From: an uncultured Candidatus Peribacteria bacterium
Lineage (GTDB): Bacteria; Patescibacteriota; Gracilibacteria; UBA4473
Direction: 5' to 3'
NCBI GenBank assembly: GCA_964578905.1
Contig: CAZOER010000002.1
Coordinates: 4,840-68,839 of the forward strand
DNA length: 64,000 bases
This document shows positions 1 to 8,245 of the stretch, in pieces (position 1 is the first letter of the stretch; each line of letters starts with the position of its first letter). The position numbers were made by a program, and so were the translations under genes. The notes beneath the pieces were generated by a model. It did no database searches, was not told the origin of the DNA, and saw nothing but the letters and a program-made list of their open reading frames with translations.

Positions 1-101
1 TGTTGTGTGACTTGAATACACATGGATGAAGTCGGCTCAAAATCTGCCGCAAAGGCTGGCGTAATGAGAAAGGCGAGACCGAGTAAAAGATATTTTTTCA
101 T
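1..101 (-). CDS. 5' end of a secreted-protein gene that runs off the left edge of the window (partial)
   Basis: Hand translation of the minus strand from the ATG at 101 gives MKKYLLLGLAFLITPAFAADFEPTSSMCIQVTQ, a classic signal peptide. The frame stays open to the window edge. It is too short to appear in the ORF track. Confidence 0.4.
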   Translation of the reverse strand, partial: MKKYLLLGLAFLITPAFAADFEPTSSMCIQVTQ

Positions 102-141
102 TTTATTTTTATTCAAAAGGGAGTGTAACACAGAAGGTATG

Positions 142-1305
142 TTACTTACAATTTCGTTTCAAGACACGACACATTCGCTCTCGAAGAGTTTCTCTTGATT
201 TTGTAGCGGTCGTTGTTCGAGTCGAAGAACTTCCATAATCAGGATAACGTGGTTGAGTACTTGTTGTTCGATTAGAACTTGAATTAGAGCTGGTTCCAAG
301 TCTTCGGAGTTTAAGTTTCCATGATTGAAGTTCTCGTTCCAGTTCGGCGATTTTCTTTTGAATCTGTGCTCGTGTTTTTATGTTTGAATCAGAAGTGGAA
401 GATGACGTCGTTGTAGTCGTACTTGTTGTATCTTCAGTCGAAGTATCAGTCGTTGTCGTTGTTGTGCTTGATCCAGGAACAGAAACCGTTGTCAGGGCAC
501 TATCGCGAACCAAACCTCGTTTTCGGAGTCGTTCGATTCGTGCTTTTTGTACAGCAGAGTAGGCTTTTTGAGTAGTAAAGATTTCATTAATTCCTGTACC
601 AAACTTTTTGTTTTCTCCACCAACATATTTATAGAAATATCCTTTCGCTTCGTATTTTGTTTCTGGTGTGAGCCCTGTTATTTTTCCGCTCGTAATATCG
701 AGACCGGCTTTGAGTTCTACAAGTGTGTCAGCACTGCCATATTTTTTCAACACAACGATAACACCAGTTGCATCACTTTTCGCTAAGTTCGGTCGAGACC
801 ATGAGAATGTTGCGTAGGTGTCGTAACGAGTAACGCGAAGTTTTCCGAATTCAATACCAACGCTTGATGAATTATCAGCAACGACAGGATCATTCGGCTC
901 AATTATTTCACTTTCAGTCTCCCCATTGGAGAGATATTTCCATTTCAAAACTTTAGAACCATTTGTCAGAATTCGTGATCGACCATCGACGACATAGGTA
1001 TATATTCGGAAGTAGTACCATGTGTTGTCTTCAAATGCTGCTGCTCGAAGAGAGAGGTTATTGAGTTTTTTATTCAAAAAGAGCTTTCCAGGATCTACGT
1101 TTCGGACTTTATTTTCATATTCACTATATTGGATAGCGTATCCATCAGTATCATACAGAAGAGAATCAGCAAGGTGATCCCATTGAAGGAATACCTTATT
1201 GTCCGTGGTATAGAGCGCACTTACATTTGTAATGTCACTCGCCTGCACTGAATGCATACCAAAAAAGAAACTCGCAACGAGACCGAGGAAAAATAATTTT
1301 TTCAT
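142..1305 (-). CDS. Secreted protein with two fibronectin-III-like beta domains, a poly-Thr/Ser linker and a basic coiled-coil tail
   Basis: 387-aa ORF with signal peptide MKKLFFLGLVASFFFGMHSVQA. Two FN3-like segments (...VFLQWDH...YYFRIYTY; ...ATFSWSRP...TPETKYEAKGYFYKY). Contains the tract SSTTTTTTDTSTEDTTSTTTTTSSSTS. No family identified. Confidence 0.75.
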   Translation of the reverse strand: MKKLFFLGLVASFFFGMHSVQASDITNVSALYTTDNKVFLQWDHLADSLLYDTDGYAIQYSEYENKVRNVDPGKLFLNKKLNNLSLRAAAFEDNTWYYFRIYTYVVDGRSRILTNGSKVLKWKYLSNGETESEIIEPNDPVVADNSSSVGIEFGKLRVTRYDTYATFSWSRPNLAKSDATGVIVVLKKYGSADTLVELKAGLDITSGKITGLTPETKYEAKGYFYKYVGGENKKFGTGINEIFTTQKAYSAVQKARIERLRKRGLVRDSALTTVSVPGSSTTTTTTDTSTEDTTSTTTTTSSSTSDSNIKTRAQIQKKIAELERELQSWKLKLRRLGTSSNSSSNRTTSTQPRYPDYGSSSTRTTTATKSRETLRERMCRVLKRNCK

Positions 1306-1442
1306 GGTGTTTGTTTTTGTTTAGAAATAAAAATAACGACGATCAGATACTAGTACGAATACAGAAAGATTTTCTTTCACAAATCTGAACGTCGAAAAGA
1401 ACACACAGATTCTAAGTTTCTCGCCTTCTTCGTCAAGGACAT

Positions 1443-2090
1443 TTATTCCACGGTTTCTAATTCAAGAAGGGGCTTGAGTTCATTTTCAATCCATCGGCTT
1501 TTCCAAAAAGGCCAGATAACAAATTCAGCTTTTCCGGTGATGTTTTTCTTTGGAATAAAAGGCGTGTGTGTCCCGTCGCAACCTCCTGACCAAAAGCACT
1601 GACGAGCATCTAAACTTTCAGCTCTGTTGTCTCCCATGAGGAGATAGTGTCCTTCTGGAACCGTAAATTCAGTTCGTCCAAAGGTTTGTGTTCTGCCTTG
1701 ATTACGAGGAGAGAGGTAGCTTTCCTCAAGTTGGTAATCTTCTACAAACTCATTATTCAAATAGGTTTTTCCATTTTTGATTTCAATCGTATCTCCCGGA
1801 ACTCCGAGAATTCTCTTGATGTAAAAAATCTTTTTGTGAGGAGGATGAAATACCACGACTTCACCCCGCAAAGGTTCTCGAAGGAAGTTGTATGAAACTT
1901 CATTTACAAAAATGAATTCTCCTTTGCCATACTGACACTCTTCTTGCAGTACATTCAGCGTTGGGCACATGGAAGGCCCTGACACACGGAAGAATTGGAA
2001 AATATAGAATCGGATAAAGAGAACGATTCCAATAAGGATAAGCGCTTCGATAATAAAACTGGTCCAGCTCTGGTCTTTGTCTTTGATCAT
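1443..2090 (-). CDS. lepB: Signal peptidase I
   Basis: N-terminal TM segment followed by the SPase I boxes SGPSMCPTL, RGEVVVF, YIKRILGVPGD and GDNRAESLDAR. Confidence 0.9.
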   Translation of the reverse strand: MIKDKDQSWTSFIIEALILIGIVLFIRFYIFQFFRVSGPSMCPTLNVLQEECQYGKGEFIFVNEVSYNFLREPLRGEVVVFHPPHKKIFYIKRILGVPGDTIEIKNGKTYLNNEFVEDYQLEESYLSPRNQGRTQTFGRTEFTVPEGHYLLMGDNRAESLDARQCFWSGGCDGTHTPFIPKKNITGKAEFVIWPFWKSRWIENELKPLLELETVE

Positions 2091-2148
2091 GTGATAAAAT
2101 TTCTTGCAGAGTGTAAAACAAAAAGTTTTCTGCTACAATCTTTTCCAG

Positions 2149-2925
2149 ATGGCGAATTACAAACTTTTTAACGCAAAGCGATTAGGATTCGGTTCGCTCC
2201 TCGAAGATAACGAGGCAGTGGAGGCGGTTTTTCGAAAAGAGTTTTCTTCAACGTTTGCGAAGATGATGTTTTATTTTCTCCTCTGGGGAGGCGTTGCTGG
2301 CGGGATTTGGTATATCTTCAGATTCTATGGCATGTGGGAATGGGTGGAGTTAATCTTCATTCTTTTTGCTTTCTATAAATCAATCTGTGTTTTCTTCACG
2401 TGGTATTTCAATGCCATTTTGATGACGACTGATAATCTTGTCTTTGTAGAAAGGAAAGGACTGCTTAATAAAAAATCATCCAGAATTGATTATTGGAATC
2501 TTGATGAAATTCAGGTGGTGCGGATTGGGATTCGGTCGTTTATGGGAAATTACGGAGACTTGTTCTTTATGAAGTACAACGGGGGAATCCTCTACGAAGC
2601 GCACCGTATGCATGCTCCACAGAGAGTCGCACGAATTATTGAGAACTATCGAGAACAGCAAGTCGATGCCAAGAACTTCACGGAAGAATCATCGCTCAAA
2701 GAACTGATCTCCGGACTCGTGCAAACCCATGTCAGAGACAAAGGACAGCCAGAACGAGACGAGAGGGTTTCCAAACGTCCCGCGAGTGGAGCGTCATTAA
2801 ATGTCGAACCGAAAGGAAAGAAAGGAAGAGACTCTATTATCAAAAAAGTGTTTCATCCTGATGAAATGGCAATCGAAGTCGAGAAGGAACTCGACGATGA
2901 TGGCGGGATTGAGATTGATTTGTGA
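2149..2925 (+). CDS. Membrane protein, two TM helices followed by a bacterial PH-like (YdbS/YdbT-type) domain and an acidic/basic tail
   Basis: The ORF opens at TTG 2104, but the first ATG is at 2149 (MANYKLFN). It has two hydrophobic helices followed by ...MTTDNLVFVERKG...IDYWNLDEI..., which resembles membrane-anchored bPH domains. The family call is tentative. Confidence 0.65.
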   Translation: MANYKLFNAKRLGFGSLLEDNEAVEAVFRKEFSSTFAKMMFYFLLWGGVAGGIWYIFRFYGMWEWVELIFILFAFYKSICVFFTWYFNAILMTTDNLVFVERKGLLNKKSSRIDYWNLDEIQVVRIGIRSFMGNYGDLFFMKYNGGILYEAHRMHAPQRVARIIENYREQQVDAKNFTEESSLKELISGLVQTHVRDKGQPERDERVSKRPASGASLNVEPKGKKGRDSIIKKVFHPDEMAIEVEKELDDDGGIEIDL

Positions 2926-2933
2926 TTTTAGGG

Positions 2934-2962
2934 AGATACGTATCCTTTTGGGATACGTATCT
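2934..2962. terminator. Bidirectional hairpin between convergent genes (12-bp perfect stem)
   Basis: AGATACGTATCC (2934-2945), loop TTTTG, GGATACGTATCT (2951-2962). It lies between the stop of the 2149-2925 gene and the stop of nrdB. The T-runs are poor, so it may be an operator rather than a terminator. Confidence 0.5.
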
Positions 2963-2973
2963 TATTCGAATAC

Positions 2974-4002
2974 CTAGAAATCCCAAGTTCCTTTTAACGA
3001 CGTTGACTGTGTATAGTTCGTCACCGTTGATTCGAAGAAGTTTGTTTTCTCAGCGTTATTGTCCGCCATCGCTTCCAGATGCTTGTACGGATTGGTGGTC
3101 ACCTCAGGATAGAGTGGATCCATTTTTAAAATTGCGAGTCGATCATTCGCGAGGTATTTGGTGTATGCCTCTGTAGAAGCTTTGGAAATCCCTGGGATTC
3201 CATTTCCGATGATGTGATGCGTCCATGCAATTTCTTGATCCACGGCTTCGGTGAACATCTCTCGGATAACGTCTTCATCGACCATCTCTGGGAATTCTTT
3301 TTTCAATTCCTTAATGATGTTCGCAAAGAGTACCACATGCGTGAGCTCATCTCGCCGGATGTAATTAATCATCCGTCCTGTGGCGATCATCTTACTGTTG
3401 TAGACAAGGGTGTCGAAGAACGCGAATCCGTTGTAGAAGTACAACCCCTCAAGCAAGAAGTTTCCGATCAACGCTCTGAAGAAATTCTTGTCATTGGGTT
3501 CGTCGATGAATTTCTGATAAATCTCCCCGATGTATTTATTTCGTTCGAGCAAGGTCTTGTCGTCTCTCCAGAAATAATAAATCGATTCTCGTTCCTTCGC
3601 ATCAACAACCGTTTCCAAGATTGTCGTGTAAGACTGTGAGTGGATTGCTTCCTGAAATGACTGAATAGAAAGAATAAGATTTACCTCAGGAGAAGTGATG
3701 TAATCGGCGAAATTTGGCAAGTTCACCGTTTGCAAACTGTCGAGAAACGTGAGGAAAGAGAGCATGCCTCGGTAGGCGGTTTTCTCTTCCTCTTTCAAGT
3801 TTTTGTACATAATGGCATCGTCGTTGAGTCCGCTGATTTTTTCCGGCACCCAGAAGTTTCCGATCATGACCTGATACATTTTTTTTGCCCAGTTGTATTT
3901 CACGGCATTGAGGTTAAAGAGTCCCGTTGGGTTCCCTTTGATGATCGTTCGATTCTCGATCGAGTCATCGCCGGTTGCGTTAAAGATTTTGTTTTTTTTC
4001 AT
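2974..4002 (-). CDS. nrdB: Ribonucleotide reductase class I beta (R2) subunit
   Basis: Ferritin-like R2 sequence (FWVPEKI..., EAIHSQSY, RDELTH) with the C-terminal tail ...LKGTWDF. ATG at 4002 (MKKNKIF); the ORF track extends to TTG 4038. Confidence 0.9.
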   Translation of the reverse strand: MKKNKIFNATGDDSIENRTIIKGNPTGLFNLNAVKYNWAKKMYQVMIGNFWVPEKISGLNDDAIMYKNLKEEEKTAYRGMLSFLTFLDSLQTVNLPNFADYITSPEVNLILSIQSFQEAIHSQSYTTILETVVDAKERESIYYFWRDDKTLLERNKYIGEIYQKFIDEPNDKNFFRALIGNFLLEGLYFYNGFAFFDTLVYNSKMIATGRMINYIRRDELTHVVLFANIIKELKKEFPEMVDEDVIREMFTEAVDQEIAWTHHIIGNGIPGISKASTEAYTKYLANDRLAILKMDPLYPEVTTNPYKHLEAMADNNAEKTNFFESTVTNYTQSTSLKGTWDF

Positions 4003-4025
4003 TGTGTAAAAAGTTAAAAGTAAAT

Positions 4026-6638
4026 TTATCCGCTGCAACTGTCGCAGGCGGCTTGTGCATCACCCGACATCGAGCGGAGATAGTAAACGGTTTTGACACC
4101 AGATTTCCACGCTTTCATGTACCAATTGTACAGATCAGCGGGAGAGGTGCGTTCAGGATTCATCATCCACTCAAAGGAGATGGATTGATCGACCCATTTG
4201 TAAATGACGGACACCATGTCGATGACATCGTTCATGTCGAGGTTTGGATATTCTTTATAGAGCCAGAAGTTTTCCTGATTCAGGTTTGGTGCGACGGTTA
4301 CGGTTGGCGCAATCACATTCGTTTCCACAAAGAATTTCTTGTACACGGGCAAAAGTCCTGCCGTTGTTCCTACGACCCCTGAAGTCGAAGTATTGGGAGC
4401 AGGGGAGAGGTGGTACGCGAATCGCACACCCTTGTTTTTTATTCTTCCAATGAGGGCACTCCAATCAAGATCGGTTTTTGCATTGGATTTGTACCATGCC
4501 TCGTCCCGTCCAAAGAGCACTCCTTTTTCCCATTCACTTCCTTTGAAGAGTTCGTATTGTCCGCGCTCTTCAGCGAGTTGTGAGGAATTGTCTAGTGTCG
4601 CGTACGCGTACTTTTCAAATAACTTATCCACATCTTCTCGGGCTTCAGCACTATCATACGAAAACCCATTGCACGCCAAGTATTCCGCGAGTCCCATAAA
4701 TCCCAGTCCGACAGACCGGTACTTCTTGGAGGTGAGTTCAGACTCCTTGATCGGGTAGAAGTTTAACGTAATCACATTATCCAGCACGCGCATAGCGACG
4801 GGGAAGACTTTTTTAATATCTTCATCAGTGTGAACCTTTGCCATATTAATGGACGCCAGATTACACACGACCGTTTCTCCTGGTGTGTACTTAATGTTTA
4901 CCGTCCCGTCCTCAAAGGTTTCCTCTTGAAACTTTGCCTCAGACGTATTTTGACAAATCTCAGTACAGAGTTGCGTGGAGTAAATATTCCCGGCGTGTTT
5001 GTTTGGGTTCAACTGATTCACGGTGTCTCGATAAAACACATACGGCATTCCCGTTTCCACGGCGGTTTTCAAAAGTTCTTTCATCAGGTCCTTCGCTTGC
5101 ACGACTTCCTTCATGCCAAGTTTGTCGTTCTTCTCACACTCGACGTAGAACGCTTCAAATTCTTCACTAAACAAATCCTCCATGCGCTGACCCGTCACTT
5201 TTCGCACTTCATGTGGATCAAAGAGCGTCCACACTCCATCTTCTTCTACACGCTTCATGAAGATGTCAGGAACAGAAACGGCCGGGAACACATCAAAGGC
5301 TTTTGACCGGATGTCTCCACTTTCGGTTTGTAGATTTAAAAAGTCATGAATATCTCGATGCCAAACATCAAGAGTGGGGGAGATGGCCCCCAGTCTCGCC
5401 CCGAGTTGATTCACAGCACACGCGGTATCATTAATCACTCGCGTCCACGGGATCACTCCTCCTGAGGAATTCTTCACGCCTCGTATCTCCGCCCCACGTG
5501 AACGAATGTGTCCAAGGTAGACCCCGACACCGCCTCCAAATTTGGAGATCTGCGCCATGTTTTCGATGTTGTGGTAAATAGACCGCAAATCATCATCAAC
5601 GTTCAATTTGAAGCAACTGGAGAGTTGATGGAAATTCGTTCGTGCGTTGAGCAATGTAGGCGTTGGCAAACTGAGTTGTTGCTTTGAGGTCACTTCATAG
5701 ATTTCTTTTGCGACCTGCATTCGATTCTTGTCGTCTTCTGGTATGGCCAGGAAGAGTGCTACTGCCAAGTACATCTCTTGTGGAAGTTCGTGAATAACCT
5801 TATTCGGATTCAACAAATACCGCTTGGCGAATGCCAAATGCGTCGAGTAGATGTAGGTGAAGTCGCGATCTTTATCGAGCCATGAGCCCGCTTCGAGAAT
5901 ATCAGCATCGCGGTAGACTTCTCCAAACTTTGTAGAGTAGAGGCCTTTCTTCACATAGTCATCGAAGTGCGTCTTCCATGATTGGGCGCTGTAAATATCT
6001 TTATAATCCATCTTTCGATTCTGCGTCGCTTCTTTATAGAACTCCATCGCGTAGAGTCGACCCGCCACGTTCTGCCAATCAATGTTCTGCACGGTAATCA
6101 TGTCGAGCGTCGCTTTTCGTAAGTTTTTCAACACCTGTGAGGTTTCGATTCCATCAATGAGTGTGATCTTAAACACATCAAACACTTCATTGAACGGGCA
6201 TGATTTCTCAAATCCCTTCGCGGCAATGTTCCATGTTTTTTCGAGTTTCTTTTTATCAAACTTTTCTTTCTTCCCGTTCGCCTTCGTCACGGTGAGAAGG
6301 TCTTTGTCGAGCTTCTCTAATTCCTTAATCCGCTGTTCTGCTCGTTTTTGAGCGTGCTGTGATCGGTAGAGGATGTAGGTGCGGGCAACAATAAAGTTCC
6401 CAGACTGCACCAATGCTTCTTCAACAATGTCCTGCACATCTTCCACGCAGGGTGTTTTCTCTTGCTCGAAGAATCGAAGTTCTATTTCCATGTTTACCTC
6501 ACGAGCCACTGTTTCCGCGAACGCGGGGAGGGAGAGTCCATGATCGGGTGTGGCTTCAACGGCTTTTGCAATCGCAATCTGAATTGTTTCTGGATCGAAA
6601 TCGACGAGTTGTCCGGTACGTTTGTATATTTGTTTCAT
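4026..6638 (-). CDS. nrdA: Ribonucleotide reductase class Ia alpha (R1) subunit with N-terminal ATP-cone
   Basis: ATP-cone-like start MKQIYKRTGQLVDFDPETIQIAIAKAV. Conserved catalytic core (NLCTEI-like LCTEICQ, SPAPNTSTS). C-terminal Cys pair ...ACDSCSG. An alternative upstream ATG at 6713 is disfavoured because a perfect hairpin lies between the two ATGs. Confidence 0.9.
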   Translation of the reverse strand: MKQIYKRTGQLVDFDPETIQIAIAKAVEATPDHGLSLPAFAETVAREVNMEIELRFFEQEKTPCVEDVQDIVEEALVQSGNFIVARTYILYRSQHAQKRAEQRIKELEKLDKDLLTVTKANGKKEKFDKKKLEKTWNIAAKGFEKSCPFNEVFDVFKITLIDGIETSQVLKNLRKATLDMITVQNIDWQNVAGRLYAMEFYKEATQNRKMDYKDIYSAQSWKTHFDDYVKKGLYSTKFGEVYRDADILEAGSWLDKDRDFTYIYSTHLAFAKRYLLNPNKVIHELPQEMYLAVALFLAIPEDDKNRMQVAKEIYEVTSKQQLSLPTPTLLNARTNFHQLSSCFKLNVDDDLRSIYHNIENMAQISKFGGGVGVYLGHIRSRGAEIRGVKNSSGGVIPWTRVINDTACAVNQLGARLGAISPTLDVWHRDIHDFLNLQTESGDIRSKAFDVFPAVSVPDIFMKRVEEDGVWTLFDPHEVRKVTGQRMEDLFSEEFEAFYVECEKNDKLGMKEVVQAKDLMKELLKTAVETGMPYVFYRDTVNQLNPNKHAGNIYSTQLCTEICQNTSEAKFQEETFEDGTVNIKYTPGETVVCNLASINMAKVHTDEDIKKVFPVAMRVLDNVITLNFYPIKESELTSKKYRSVGLGFMGLAEYLACNGFSYDSAEAREDVDKLFEKYAYATLDNSSQLAEERGQYELFKGSEWEKGVLFGRDEAWYKSNAKTDLDWSALIGRIKNKGVRFAYHLSPAPNTSTSGVVGTTAGLLPVYKKFFVETNVIAPTVTVAPNLNQENFWLYKEYPNLDMNDVIDMVSVIYKWVDQSISFEWMMNPERTSPADLYNWYMKAWKSGVKTVYYLRSMSGDAQAACDSCSG

Positions 6639-6648
6639 TTTAGGATTT

Positions 6649-6692
6649 GAGTTCGAACTTAAAGAAGTTTCTTGTGAGTAAAGTTCGAACTC
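6649..6692 (-). promoter_or_regulatory. Perfect 12-bp inverted repeat in the nrdA leader, built from two GTTCGAAC palindromes
   Basis: GAGTTCGAACTT (6649-6660) and AAGTTCGAACTC (6681-6692) with a 20-nt loop. The repeat ends 10 nt upstream of the ATG at 6638 on the mRNA strand. Confidence 0.55.
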
Positions 6693-6780
6693 AGACTTCA
6701 CTCTTGAACACATTTATTGTTCAATCACTCGGGGGTTAAAGAATCGCCGCTTCTGAAAGGAAGTGACGTTTTAGATTTTC

Positions 6781-6796
6781 ACACAAGATGTTGTGT
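6781..6796 (-). promoter_or_regulatory. NrdR box 1 (16-bp palindrome)
   Basis: ACACAAGATGTTGTGT matches my recollection of the NrdR-box consensus acaCaAnAtnTtGtgt. It lies upstream of nrdAB. Confidence 0.65.
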
Positions 6797-6812
6797 GGAG
6801 GCGTATGTTAAT

Positions 6813-6828
6813 ATACAAGATGTAGGGC
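6813..6828 (-). promoter_or_regulatory. NrdR box 2 (degenerate)
   Basis: ATACAAGATGTAGGGC shares the ACAAGATGT half with box 1. The centre-to-centre distance is 32 bp, the typical tandem NrdR-box spacing. A TTGACC -35-like hexamer on the minus strand abuts it (6829-6834). Confidence 0.5.
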
Positions 6829-6885
6829 GGTCAAGAATTTTGTTCAAAAAAGACTTGAGGAAAAAAGAGAACATTATTTTATATC

Positions 6886-6930
6886 AAACCCGGGTTCTGT
6901 TCGGTGAAATGATTTGTAGAACCCGGGTTT
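6886..6930 (+). promoter_or_regulatory. Two copies of the palindrome AACCCGGGTT (13-bp perfect inverted repeat) immediately upstream of uppP
   Basis: AAACCCGGGTTCT (6886-6898) and AGAACCCGGGTTT (6918-6930) with a 19-nt loop and palindrome centres 33 bp apart. The repeat ends 10 nt before the ATG at 6941. Confidence 0.5.
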
Positions 6931-6940
6931 AAAAGATAGG

Positions 6941-7723
6941 ATGCCGAGGATGGATTTTCTCAATGCAATCTTTCTCGGAGTGATTCAGGGAATAACAGAG
7001 TTCCTTCCGATTTCTTCCAGTGGACATCTCTTCTTGGCGGAAGAATTTTTGGGACTTGTTCCCGATCTTCACTTTGAAATCAGTTTGCACGTCGCGAGCT
7101 TACTGGCGGTGCTTGTTGTCTTCAGGAAAGACATTTGGGACATCCTGAGAGGAGTAGGGAAGACGTGCTCGATTTGCGAAGGCGATAGAGATCAAGGAAT
7201 CTTTGGATGGAAACTTTTCGTCGCATCACTCGCAACGGTGCCTGTAGCATTGTTACTCGAATCACAATTTGAATTCTTCAGAACAACAGAGGCCGTAGCG
7301 ATGACACTGATTATTACAGGATTTCTTATCATGGGATCGGAGGTTTTTCGTTCCAAACAAGAACGACATTTCTCGTGGTGGATCGCAATTCTTCTCGGAC
7401 TGTTTCAAGGAATAGCGGTGCTACCAGGGATATCACGAGCGGGGATTACGATTTCAATTTTGATATTCCTCGGGGTGAACCGGAAACACGTTGCAAAGAT
7501 TTCATTTCTTTTGGCGGTACCAACGATTCTTGCAGCGCTCATCTTTTCCGTAGGACAAGAGGGCTTTGCGATTACCCCTTTTCAGTTCGTGGGATGCATC
7601 GCGTCACTCATTGCGGCAATCTTTGCCATGCGATGGATGATGAGACTGGTGCGTCGACATTGGATTTGGTTTGCACCGTACTGCATCATCGCGGGACTCG
7701 GGATTCTTTATTTCCTTGTATAG
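6941..7723 (+). CDS. uppP: Undecaprenyl-diphosphate phosphatase
   Basis: The N-terminus ...FLGVIQGITEFLPISSSGHL is the BacA/UppP signature, and the protein is polytopic. An alternative ATG lies at 6950. Confidence 0.9.
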   Translation: MPRMDFLNAIFLGVIQGITEFLPISSSGHLFLAEEFLGLVPDLHFEISLHVASLLAVLVVFRKDIWDILRGVGKTCSICEGDRDQGIFGWKLFVASLATVPVALLLESQFEFFRTTEAVAMTLIITGFLIMGSEVFRSKQERHFSWWIAILLGLFQGIAVLPGISRAGITISILIFLGVNRKHVAKISFLLAVPTILAALIFSVGQEGFAITPFQFVGCIASLIAAIFAMRWMMRLVRRHWIWFAPYCIIAGLGILYFLV

Positions 7724-7779
7724 AGAAACTCACGCAACTCTGTAAATTTAGATTATTTTTAAATATGGGATATTCGTTT

Positions 7780-7814
7780 CCCCTCTCTTTTAAAAGAGAG
7801 GGGTTAGGGGTGAG
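7780..7814 (+). repeat. G/C hairpin plus TTAGGGGTGAG tail motif (copy 1)
   Basis: 24-bp perfect palindrome CCCCTCTCTTTT/AAAAGAGAGGGG (7780-7803) followed by TTAGGGGTGAG. In one frame it reads PLSFKREGLGVS. It lies directly upstream of the DUF559 gene. Confidence 0.7.
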
Positions 7815-7882
7815 TTGAAATCTTAAAAAGATATGAATTTAGTATCTTGAAGATTGAGAATTCTCCTTCTAGGCTAAAAACG

Positions 7883-8245
7883 ATGGATAATGTTATTAAA
7901 GAAGCTGTTCGTGAACTAAGAAAGAACCAAACAAAAGCAGAGAAATTATTTTGGAATGAGGTAAGAAACAGGAAGCTTGAGGGATTTAAGTTTTTGAGAC
8001 AGCATCCTTTTCTTTTTGAGTATGAAGGAGGTAAGAGGTTTTTTATTGCGGATTTCTATTGTGCAGAAAAAAAGATGATAGTAGGAATTGATGGATATGT
8101 TCACAAATTTCAAAAGGATCAAGATATGCTGAGAACAAATTTATTAAATGAAATGGGACTTCGTGTAATTCGATTTCAAAACCATGAAATTTTGACTAAC
8201 ATACCCACGGTATTAGAAAAACTTAAGCAAATACTTACATCATGA
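7883..8245 (+). CDS. DUF559 (Vsr-like endonuclease fold) domain protein
   Basis: LRKNQTKAEKLFWNEVRNRKLEGFKFLRQHPF...ADFYCAEKKMIVGIDGYVH matches the DUF559 pattern. ATG at 7883; the ORF track starts at TTG 7847. Its stop overlaps the maf start (ATGA at 8242-8245). Confidence 0.8.
   Translation: MDNVIKEAVRELRKNQTKAEKLFWNEVRNRKLEGFKFLRQHPFLFEYEGGKRFFIADFYCAEKKMIVGIDGYVHKFQKDQDMLRTNLLNEMGLRVIRFQNHEILTNIPTVLEKLKQILTS

Noticed and set aside
380-562. 60-aa Val-rich plus-strand ORF and neighbouring small ORFs opposite the Thr/Ser tract of the 142-1305 gene.
   Set aside because: This is the mirror image of the poly-Thr/Ser codons (ACN/AGY read as Val on the opposite strand) and is not an independent gene.
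6639-6713. Upstream ATG at 6713 as the nrdA start (the 895-aa version in the ORF track).
   Set aside because: The ATP-cone consensus begins at MKQIYKRTG (ATG 6638). The extra 25 codons are occupied by a perfect 12-bp inverted repeat that looks regulatory rather than coding. This remains a possibility I cannot exclude without homologue alignment.
7375-7818. 147-aa ORF overlapping the 3' half of uppP and ending ...PLSFKREGLGVS.
   Set aside because: It is an alternative frame of uppP, and its end is simply the translation of the G/C hairpin motif. It is useful only as a reminder of how that motif contaminates protein databases.
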